Shown here: positions 39,118 to 47,769 of the stretch, one piece after another
Layout of the letters: the number at the start of each line of letters is the position of its first letter
Numbering within the stretch: the first letter of the stretch is position 1
From: Planctomycetota bacterium
Lineage (GTDB): Bacteria; Planctomycetota; GCA-002687715; CAIWVZ01
Assembly: GCA_044222185.1 (NCBI GenBank)
Contig: JBGANV010000005.1
Location: 64,001 to 128,000, forward strand
Direction: 5' to 3'
DNA length: 64,000 bases
The notes under the pieces: generated by a model
Databases searched by the model: none
What the model saw: the letters and a program-made list of their open reading frames with translations, nothing else
What the model was told of the DNA's origin: nothing
Made by a program: the position numbers and the translations under genes

Positions 39118-42069
39118 TTACGGGAGGATCATCAGACGGAGACCGTTGCTCTGAGTCAGCCACGCGCCAGGAACCGTGCGGGCAGCTTGGAGGAATAGCT
39201 TCTGACCTGCCAGTCCCGGAATGTTGGGAATCGGGAGCGGCAGGTGAAGCAACGAGCTCGCGCCGACCGGCTGCGCCGCCCCGGCTGGGAACGGTACGAC
39301 GATCGAGTCCTCAGGAGGTACGAGAACGAGTAGTCCTGCCACAGCCTGCTCTGTGGCGCGCGATCCGATCACCAGGTACGTGCTTGCCGGGGCTCCAGGC
39401 CATTTCAGATCGAGATGGAAGTTGGCACTCCCAAGCTTCGCAGGTCCGCCCCCGGCAGTGAGCGTCAGGTTGGACCCTGCGCTCGCGCCGGAAGCTCCCG
39501 CGTAGGAGACCACGGAATGGAAGTGGACGTGGATCGGGATTGTGGCGGTCCCATCGAGCCACGTTGCCGTGACGACGGTGTCTCCTTCCCCGACAGCGCG
39601 GACACGATTGCCTGGAACGATCGTCGCGACGCCCGTGTCCGCCGAGACAAGAGTCACGAGACCCGTCAGGTTGGCCGTCAAGCCGCCGGCCTGCGCACCG
39701 GTCCATGTGGGAATTCGCTCCTCGCCCACGAAGGTCAGATCAAGCGAACCGTGCGGTGAATCCACGTTGCCGCCGGTCGGTGTCGACGGAGTGACCTGAA
39801 CGGTCAGCGGGGGCGTGATCGAGATCATCCCATTCGAAGGGTTTTCCCGGACGCAACGAAGGGTGAGTGGCCCCATCGCGTTCTGTGGCACGGAGTACCA
39901 GAGGGTGGTTCCCAGCATCGTCGGGGAAGTCACGCTTCCGTTCGAATCGATGATCGTACGGACTTCATTTGGCCATGCCGCCGGCGCCACCAATTGCGGG
40001 ATACCGATGAAGTCGCCCGGGTGAATTGGATTCGAAGGAGCGCTGAACACAGTGCCGTCGGCCGTCGTGAACGGAGCCGAAACGGAAGGGAACACGGGTG
40101 GACTCAGAATACCGAGGGCAACTTCCGGCGATGGCAACGAAGATGCGAACAAGTCGTTGGCAGTCCCGGTTCCGACGGGTGCGCGGAGGAGTTGCACGAC
40201 GCGGTCACGCACCAGCAAGTTCTGAGTGATTGCCGTGTGGACCGAATCCAGTCCGGTGAATTCCGTGACATGAGGTGGGGTCAGTCCACCGAGCTGACTC
40301 TCACCCAGGACGATGATGTCATGCGTGTGGCCACGGAAGAGACTGTAAACGTTGATTGAAGACGCGGTCCATTTGACGACCTTTGCGAAGGCCGCCAGTT
40401 CCCCGGCCCCGGTTGCCCAGGCCGATAGGCTCGCGGCGACTGACGTTCCAGTCATCACGGCCCCGCCACCCGTGCCAGCGATTGCGTGACACGGAACGTG
40501 TGTCTCGCCGATCCACGTGAGGGCAACGCTGCCTTCTTGAAGATCCTCGATCGCTCCGTCTCCAATTGACAGCCCCGCCATCCGATAGAGGTCGGCGATG
40601 AGAATCGGAAGTGCCGGGCCCTGAAACGAGGCGAAATACTGGTAAGCCATCAAGAAATTGGCCCAAGGGCTACCGAAGTGCGGTGTGTTGATCGTAATGA
40701 GCTTATGAAAATCTCCGCCCATCATGTTGTCGGGGCGGCGGTAGAAACCGTGAGGTGTCAGCCCATCCTTCGACATGCGGACATACGCTCGTGGCAGAAG
40801 GCCACCCATCGAGTGACCGATCCAGTCGACGCGCGAGCAGGCAATGCCACGCGACCTGGGCCCCCGCTTCGCTTCTTCGATCGCGTCGTATACGACTTCA
40901 ACATTCTGGGCGAGGTGTCTCCCGACCGTTTCGCGGTAATCGACGATGCGCGGATCCGTCGGATATCCCGAGGTGATCCCCCCGTAAGCAGGTGTCCAGG
41001 TTTCGGAGTTGGACCAAAGTCCGTGACACAAAATCCACGGCACTCGCTCGATGACAACGCCCGTGTCCAGGTGCTGCTGTTGAGTCGTTCCGCTCATCGT
41101 GTAATCCGCGTCGAATTGGATCGAGGTACAAAGCACCCTGAGTGGCATGTATTCGATGAAGGGAACGTTGACTTCGAAGTCGACGGGCGCTTCATACCAG
41201 AACGCAGCGACGTGTCCGGCCGGAGTCCATGTGGTTGCTGCCGTGATTGAGGACTGGGGTGTCCCCGAGTCCATTGGGATGAGCCTTCCGGCGGTCGCGC
41301 TTTGTAGCCCAAAGGGCTGCTGGAACCCACCACATTGAGATAGCCAGCCGGGGATGGTCGCTTGGATGGTGCCGGGCACGCGCGAGACGACTCGCATGAG
41401 AAGGCGGCTCGCGCCATCGGCCGCGGTTCCCATTCGGACGTCGCCACCGACCGCCAGCCGGCTGATGTCCTTCGTCAGCGTTGCTCCGTCCCAGTAGGAG
41501 TCGCTGCTGCCGTCGACGATGTCGATGTGAGCATGGCCGTTGGTGTTCGTGTCCTCCCACACAAAGCCGAAGTCGGACGCGCCGGTCTTGGCAGGAGGAC
41601 CACACGCCGTTCCGGCACCGTCCTGTCCCCACGCGCCCGGGCCAGCAGGTGGAACGAACGTCGACGGTACGGCTTGATATCCCCAGTAAACCTGGACGTT
41701 GCGCCACGAGACCGCACGTGGTCCCCCGCCACAGGAGACGCGAATCCACACGCGCGCAGCGTGCCCGACCGTCGAAACTGCCGCGGTTGGGACGCGATAT
41801 TCGATCAGCAATGCAGACTGCGCTTGAGTGGGCGCACAGCCAGAGTCGACCGTCCTGGCTTCCAAATGAACTTCGAAGCCCCATGGCGCGGATTGCGATG
41901 TCGTGACGTGATAGGTCCACCCGGCGCCCGGAGTCAGGAGCACGGTTCCAAACTGTGACCACGGCGACCAGGGCTCCGGATCGCTGAATGGCGCCTGACA
42001 CGAGAGAGGAATCGCGCTGAGGGCGAAAATGGCTGCCGACAGCAATCGTTTCGTCAATCCTGCTTTCAC
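39118..42069 (-). CDS. Secreted alpha/beta hydrolase (PGAP1/lipase-like) with Ig-like (Big_2) and C-terminal Pro/Gly-rich domain
   Basis: RBS aaggag then GTG 42069; signal peptide; HGLWS, GHSMGG, NTPHFGSPWA, HDIIV, H; VSADTGVATI Ig-like segment. Confidence 0.85.
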   Translation of the reverse strand: MKAGLTKRLLSAAIFALSAIPLSCQAPFSDPEPWSPWSQFGTVLLTPGAGWTYHVTTSQSAPWGFEVHLEARTVDSGCAPTQAQSALLIEYRVPTAAVSTVGHAARVWIRVSCGGGPRAVSWRNVQVYWGYQAVPSTFVPPAGPGAWGQDGAGTACGPPAKTGASDFGFVWEDTNTNGHAHIDIVDGSSDSYWDGATLTKDISRLAVGGDVRMGTAADGASRLLMRVVSRVPGTIQATIPGWLSQCGGFQQPFGLQSATAGRLIPMDSGTPQSSITAATTWTPAGHVAAFWYEAPVDFEVNVPFIEYMPLRVLCTSIQFDADYTMSGTTQQQHLDTGVVIERVPWILCHGLWSNSETWTPAYGGITSGYPTDPRIVDYRETVGRHLAQNVEVVYDAIEEAKRGPRSRGIACSRVDWIGHSMGGLLPRAYVRMSKDGLTPHGFYRRPDNMMGGDFHKLITINTPHFGSPWANFLMAYQYFASFQGPALPILIADLYRMAGLSIGDGAIEDLQEGSVALTWIGETHVPCHAIAGTGGGAVMTGTSVAASLSAWATGAGELAAFAKVVKWTASSINVYSLFRGHTHDIIVLGESQLGGLTPPHVTEFTGLDSVHTAITQNLLVRDRVVQLLRAPVGTGTANDLFASSLPSPEVALGILSPPVFPSVSAPFTTADGTVFSAPSNPIHPGDFIGIPQLVAPAAWPNEVRTIIDSNGSVTSPTMLGTTLWYSVPQNAMGPLTLRCVRENPSNGMISITPPLTVQVTPSTPTGGNVDSPHGSLDLTFVGEERIPTWTGAQAGGLTANLTGLVTLVSADTGVATIVPGNRVRAVGEGDTVVTATWLDGTATIPIHVHFHSVVSYAGASGASAGSNLTLTAGGGPAKLGSANFHLDLKWPGAPASTYLVIGSRATEQAVAGLLVLVPPEDSIVVPFPAGAAQPVGASSLLHLPLPIPNIPGLAGQKLFLQAARTVPGAWLTQSNGLRLMILP

Positions 42070-42398
42070 AATTGGTCTCCTTTCGTCGACCCTCTGCGGC
42101 GAGGCGGAGTCGCACTCGTGAGAGTGGACGGCATTCCGCTCAGGGCAGCGCGTGCGTTTAGAGGCGCCTGTCCGACACTCGTCGGGGAACCGCGGCGTCT
42201 CCGCCTGAACATTGAGCCGAGGCTCTCGTGGGGGACACCTGCGGGCGCGTTTTCGGTATCGACTGGTTCGACGCGGCGCATCGCCACCCGCAACGCCATC
42301 TTCACGACAATGGAGTCGTTCAAGCTCATCACCGTGACCCGAGGCGACGCCCGCCAGCAAGGCCCTCAGGAGTGACATCATTACGTGGAGACTACATC

Positions 42399-42872
42399 GG
42401 TGCGGGCGACGCAATCGTGACGGCGAACTGGCTCGGACAGACGGCGACCCGGCCGGTTCATGTCGAGTACGTCACCGTGGCTCAGTTTGCGGGCGCAACG
42501 GGAGCGAGCACCGGTTCCCAGCTCACACTGGCCGCCAGCGGTGGCCAGGCCACTCTTGGCAACGCCACCTTCCGTCTTGAGCTGACGTGGGACGGGCCGC
42601 CGGCCCAGACCTACCTGGTCATGGGTCCGCGCGCCATGGAGCAGCCCACCGCGGGCCTGCTTGTGCTCGTCCCGCCGGAGGAGTCGTTCGTGATCCCGTT
42701 CCCAGCGGCAGCGGCGCAGCCGCTCGGGTCCGGCTCCATCCTTCACATCCCAACGCCAATCCCAAACATCCCTGCTCTTGCCGGGCAGATGGTGTTCCTG
42801 CAAGCGGCACGGATGGTCCCCGGCGCGTTGCTGACGGAGAGCGGCGGTCTTCGCCTGATGATCGTCCCGTAA
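42399..42872 (+). pseudogene. Orphan C-terminal fragment paralogous to the 39118..42069 hydrolase
   Basis: 157 aa align without gaps to the hydrolase C-terminus with about 104 identities (hand count); no signal peptide or catalytic domain. Confidence 0.8.
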
Positions 42873-43222
42873 CCTGACTCGGCAGACCACAGGTCTCGTT
42901 CCGGCCGGCATGCAACCGCGCGCCGCATGCCGCCGCCCGCAGGGCCGTGGTAATGCCGTGAATCTTGAACGGCCGGAGCGCCGTGGCGGTGTCCAGCGCT
43001 CCGGCGTGCGCCGCATCAAGGCTCTCTGTCATCGCCCTCCCCGCGGTTTTCTGGCATGCCCAGAGGGCCCTTCGAGAGTCCCGCTGGCGGCAGGCGATGT
43101 CGAGTTCGTCCGGCGCCGCGATAGCATCTCCCCTGCCGTGGGCGCCGCGGGTCCGCCAGCACCCCGTCGAGCCGGGCATGCGGCACTTCGCGGCGGCCGC
43201 AACACCCCTGGGTCTACCTGCC

Positions 43223-46200
43223 ATGACGGACCACGACCACACCGATGACGTCCGGATCGAGTTCCTCGAACGATTGCGCCGGGACCAAGCAGCGGGCGTA
43301 GTCCGCGATCTTGCCTATTACCACGCCCTCTTTCCGGGGTTCGAGCGAGTCATCGCCCAGGAATGGGAGGGCGGCGACCGCGCACGCGGCGGGTCGACGT
43401 TCGCCGTGTTCGGTGAACCTCGCCTGCCGCCCGTCGCCGCGCAGACTGCGGGCGCGGTCGAGTTCCACGAGCCGACCGGCCGGGTGTCCCAGGATGGCGG
43501 CCGGGGCTTTGGCCCCTACCGCCTGCTCAAACACCTCGGACGCGGCGGGCAGGGTGACGTGTGGCTTGCGACCGACACACGCCTTCCCGGGCGCCACCTG
43601 GCGATCAAGATCCTGAATCGCCGAGACCCGATCCTTCTCGAGCGGTTCCGGCGGGAAGCACTCGCCGCCTCGCTCATTCGCCACCCTGGGATCTGCACGA
43701 TCTACGAGTTCTCCATCGACGGCGAGACCCCCTTCCTCGCCATGGAGTACATCGCTGGCCAGTCCCTCGGCGATCACATCCGAACGGCGCGCATCCACCG
43801 GACGCCTGGCTCGACTACCTCTGGAATCCGGATGGAGGAGGGCCCTCGCCCGTCGCCCGACGCGGCCGAGGCGCGCGCCAAGACCTCCGATCCCGCGCGC
43901 ACGCTGGCGGATCTCGACCGGGTGTTCCGCATCGTGCACCTCATCGAGCAGGTGGCGCGCGCGATCCATGAGGCGCATGAAAAGAATCTCGTTCACCGCG
44001 ACATCAAGCCGGACAACATCCTGGTTCGCGACGGGACCTTCGAGCCCGTGATCGTCGACTTCGGGCTCGCGCATCACGATGAACTGACTGCGCTGACGGA
44101 GGCGGGGCAATTCCTCGGAAGTCTGCCCTACATGAGTCCCGAGCAGCTTACCTGGAACCTGATCAGGCCCGACAGGCGAGCCGATGTCTGGTCGCTGGGA
44201 GTGACTCTTTATGAGTGCTTGACGACCGAGCGACCTTTCGATCGGGCAGACCAGCCGGGGACGGCCCTCGCGATTCAGGCTGAGCCGCCTCCCGATCCGC
44301 GCCAACTGAACCCAACGATCCCACTGCCGCTCCGAGTCGTGATACAGAAGGCGCTCGCGAAGCATCCGGCCCACCGCTACGCCACAGCAGGCGCGCTTGC
44401 CGAGGACCTGCGCCGCGTCCGGGAGCGGGAGCCGATCCTGGCGAAGCCGCCGGGGCCACTCCTGCGGTTGTGGCTGTGGTCGCACCGAAATCCCGCGCTC
44501 GCGGCGGCGTTGTGCGCGGTGTTCGTCGCGCTCGGTCTCACCTCCTACTTCCTGGTGGAATCCGAGATCGTGCGGGGCGAGAAGGAGATCGCACTCACCG
44601 CGAAGGCCGCTGCCCTGACCGACTACGATCGTCTCGGCGACCTCTCGCGCCTCCAGCAACTGACGGCCGCGGCCGACGACCTCTGGCCTGCGGAGCCTTT
44701 GAAGGCGCAGGCGATGGAGGAGTGGCTGAAGCAGGCACGATCCTTGGAAGCCAACCTTCCGGGCCACCGCGGCGCGTTGGCGCGGCTCCGCGAGGCGCCG
44801 GATCTTCTCCCCTGGTCCGATGCCGATCGTGCGAAGGACCTTGCAGCCCATGCCTCGGAACAGGCCGAGATCATGAAGCTGGCCGCGGAGCGCGACGTAA
44901 GAAGGGCCTCACTGGCCGTTGCCGAGTCCCGCGCGACAACCCGACCAGGCGCGAGTCAACCCGCGGCAGAGTCCGCGCCCAAGTGGAAGCCGACCACCCG
45001 CCCGCTCGCCGCCAGCATCACAGACCTGAAGTCCGACCTCGGGAAGGTAGAGGCCCGTATCGCGGAACTGGATGCGCGCGCACACGAACGCCGGACCTAC
45101 CGGTTCGGATCGAACACCGCGTTGCAGTTCAAACATGACACGACGGCGAAGCTGGTCGAAGGCATGACGGCATTCGTGGACCCGAAGAAGGGTCTGCTTG
45201 CGGACGTTGGCGGGCGCCTCGCCTTCGCCGAGTCCGTCAAGCGCGAGACGATCGAGAAGTACAAGGCGAAGTGGGACGCGGCGATCGCCGCGATCAAGGC
45301 CGAGCCGAAATACGGCGGCCTTGAGATCACCGAGCAGCTTGGGCTGATCCCGATCGAGCCGGATCCGGACTCGGGCCTCTGGGAGTTCGCTCATCTTCAG
45401 ACGACGACGCCGGGCGTTGATCCAATCCCGAAGCGGGACGCGCGGAAGCGGCTGATCATCACGAAGGACACGGGACTGATCTTCGTGCTGCTTCCGGGTG
45501 GGACGTTTCGCATGGGGGCGCAGCGCCGCGACCCAACCGACGACACGATGAGCGACAGCGACCCGAATATTGACCCGGAGGCACAGGACACCGAATCGCC
45601 AGTTCACGAGGTCACACTCGACGCGTTCTTCGTGTCGAAATACGAGATGACACAGGGACAGTGGCTGAGGATCGCGGGCCGGAACCCGAGCAGCTACACA
45701 TCCGACACGTGGTCCGATGTGGGCCTCACGAATCCGGTCGAACAGGTGAGCTGGGAGGATTGCGCGGGGTCGTCGGGATGGCTGACACGTCTCGGTCTGC
45801 GGTTGCCGACGGAAGCGCAGTGGGAGTATGCGGCCCGGGGTGGGACGACGACACGCTGGTGGAGCGGGCGCGATCTGGCCGCGGTGGCTTCTGCGGGGAA
45901 CGTTTGCGACCAGGCATTTCGAATTGCTTCGAGTAACCGCGGAGTCGAGACATGGAACGACAGGTTCGTTGTGCACGCGCCGGTGGACAGCTTCGCTCCA
46001 AACCGATTCGGGCTGCACGATGTGATAGGAAACGTGTGGGAGTGGTGCGAAGACGCCTGGCACAACAACTACAGCGGCGCGCCCGTGGATGGCTCTGCCT
46101 GGACGGTACTGGCCCCCCGCTACCGCGTCGGCCGTGGCGGCAGCTTCAACGACGACGCCTCGTTCGCGCGTTCTGCGTGCCGTTGCTACAATACGCCGGA

Positions 46201-46252
46201 GTACCGCGGCGACCAGCTCGGCGTCCGCCCCGCCAGGGGTGTCACGCCGTAG
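43223..46252 (+). CDS. Membrane Ser/Thr kinase with C-terminal FGE-sulfatase domain (STK3), paralog of STK2
   Basis: GRGGQGDVW, HRDIKPDN, DFG, YMSPE; TM; DYDRLG...LWPAEP linker; SKYEMTQGQW, LPTEAQWEYAARGG, GNVWEWC, GVRPAR. Confidence 0.93.
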   Translation: MTDHDHTDDVRIEFLERLRRDQAAGVVRDLAYYHALFPGFERVIAQEWEGGDRARGGSTFAVFGEPRLPPVAAQTAGAVEFHEPTGRVSQDGGRGFGPYRLLKHLGRGGQGDVWLATDTRLPGRHLAIKILNRRDPILLERFRREALAASLIRHPGICTIYEFSIDGETPFLAMEYIAGQSLGDHIRTARIHRTPGSTTSGIRMEEGPRPSPDAAEARAKTSDPARTLADLDRVFRIVHLIEQVARAIHEAHEKNLVHRDIKPDNILVRDGTFEPVIVDFGLAHHDELTALTEAGQFLGSLPYMSPEQLTWNLIRPDRRADVWSLGVTLYECLTTERPFDRADQPGTALAIQAEPPPDPRQLNPTIPLPLRVVIQKALAKHPAHRYATAGALAEDLRRVREREPILAKPPGPLLRLWLWSHRNPALAAALCAVFVALGLTSYFLVESEIVRGEKEIALTAKAAALTDYDRLGDLSRLQQLTAAADDLWPAEPLKAQAMEEWLKQARSLEANLPGHRGALARLREAPDLLPWSDADRAKDLAAHASEQAEIMKLAAERDVRRASLAVAESRATTRPGASQPAAESAPKWKPTTRPLAASITDLKSDLGKVEARIAELDARAHERRTYRFGSNTALQFKHDTTAKLVEGMTAFVDPKKGLLADVGGRLAFAESVKRETIEKYKAKWDAAIAAIKAEPKYGGLEITEQLGLIPIEPDPDSGLWEFAHLQTTTPGVDPIPKRDARKRLIITKDTGLIFVLLPGGTFRMGAQRRDPTDDTMSDSDPNIDPEAQDTESPVHEVTLDAFFVSKYEMTQGQWLRIAGRNPSSYTSDTWSDVGLTNPVEQVSWEDCAGSSGWLTRLGLRLPTEAQWEYAARGGTTTRWWSGRDLAAVASAGNVCDQAFRIASSNRGVETWNDRFVVHAPVDSFAPNRFGLHDVIGNVWEWCEDAWHNNYSGAPVDGSAWTVLAPRYRVGRGGSFNDDASFARSACRCYNTPEYRGDQLGVRPARGVTP

Positions 46253-46869
46253 CGCACACTGCTCCAATTCAGAGTTTAGTCGTAATTCATTTGTTTTCGT
46301 CAAAGAGGCCGCGCTGATCTTTCGGCGATCCCCCCCTTTGGGGACCGCCCTGCTGCTTCGAGCGTGGTGACAAGTTGCTGAACGCGCTCGGAATCGAGCT
46401 CGTTCCTGTGGCGTGATCGGGAGCGAATGATGGCGGTGTAAGTCGAGCGCCCTCCGCCCGCGCGTAGTTGGGCAAACGAACGCGGAGATCGGGACTTCAC
46501 CAGGAGCGTCCTGTGCGTCCAACTTCTAATGGAAGTTCCCGTTACATGGTCGGGTGGTTGGAGGGCCTCGGCCAGCGGGTTGACTCCACGAGCCACGCTT
46601 GGCGCAGCCAGGTTCCACTCCACCGCATCCGCCTGCTCACGCTCCGTCTCAATTCCACGCTTGCCACGCGTCGCGCACTCAGACTCGTCCGCGTGCTCGA
46701 TTCCCGTGTCCGACGAAGAATTTCGCGGCCGCGCACGGTCGACGGCGAACGACCGGGCGATGCCCCGCGTGGTGCAGCCATGGGAGACGGCCAGCGGCTG
46801 GACCGCAGTCCGCACCAGCACGACGAACAGAGTCGCGTCAGCCTCTGATCTTGCGCTACCCTCTCGCCC

Positions 46870-47469
46870 ATGCCCTCCAGCATTACCACCCACTGGGTCG
46901 GCCGCGCGTGTGACGGAGATCAGAGCGCCGTTGCGTGGGTTGTCGAGCGATTCTCGCCGCTCCTGGTCAGCCAGGCGAGCGCGCTCTTGCGGACCGCCGG
47001 GCGGCCGGACCTCGACCCGCACGACATCGTTCAGGAAACGTGGATCGAGACCCTTCCCCAGTTGTCGAAACTCGCCAGGCGTGCGAATCGCATCACGCCC
47101 GTGCTCGTCCGGTTTCTCGGAACGATCCTCCAACGCCGAGTCGCACGGGGGACACGACCGCGGGCCAAGGCGACGGCCGTGGTCCCCTTCTCTCCGGATG
47201 CGTCGGTCTTCGATCGGCTGGCTGTCGGTGAGGGGTCACCCGTCCATACGATCATTCGCAGCGAGTCCGTGGCCCGCGTGCGATCCGCGATCGATCAGCT
47301 CGGCGAGCCCAAGCGGTCGGTCGTCCTGATGCGCGCGGTCGAAGGCCTCGAGCCCGCCGAGGTCGGGGCGCGCCTCAACCTGCCCCGCGCGACCGTGAAC
47401 CTGACGTATCACCGCGCCCTGGAGGACCTGCGCGAAACCCTGCAGGACTCCGTGTTCAACGAACTGTGA
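46870..47469 (+). CDS. ECF sigma factor downstream of STK3, no anti-sigma gene
   Basis: RACDGDQSA, DPHDIVQETW, LGEPKRSVVLMRAVEGLEPAEVG...YHRALEDLR. Confidence 0.88.
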   Translation: MPSSITTHWVGRACDGDQSAVAWVVERFSPLLVSQASALLRTAGRPDLDPHDIVQETWIETLPQLSKLARRANRITPVLVRFLGTILQRRVARGTRPRAKATAVVPFSPDASVFDRLAVGEGSPVHTIIRSESVARVRSAIDQLGEPKRSVVLMRAVEGLEPAEVGARLNLPRATVNLTYHRALEDLRETLQDSVFNEL

Positions 47470-47769
47470 TGCCCGTCCACGTTCTGTGGCCGCGGCGTAC
47501 CGACTTATTGAGAAGGCACTTACGCGCGATCGTCGCTCTCGCCTTCTGACGGCCGGTCGCCTTCCCTGAGAATTTCCTCTCGGCCCTGCAATCGGGCGGC
47601 GCCTCGCGGCATTGCATCCGCGAGAAGGCGACCTGGAGCACACCAATGTCGGCGTGCGGTCGCCAGGAACTGGGACGCCCGAGGTCGGGCGCCCCGAACC
47701 CCGCGCTGTCGTTTTGCACGCTGGCTCGAGACGTCGGAAGACGCCGAGGCGCGTGCGGGAGATCCTGCC

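Noticed and set aside
28498-46252. Diversity-generating retroelement acting on the FGE-domain kinases
   Set aside because: No reverse transcriptase, avd-like gene or template repeat visible in the window; the two 3' ends look like ordinary paralog divergence
46340-46416. Short frame ending KLLNALGIELVPVA resembling the tail of an HTH antitoxin
   Set aside because: Too short, no start codon or toxin gene; could be chance
24600-47720. Shared ECF promoter motif (gaaccc...) upstream of cargo genes near 24615, 36436 and 47696
   Set aside because: Spacing to any -10-like element is inconsistent and the motif is common in GC-rich DNA
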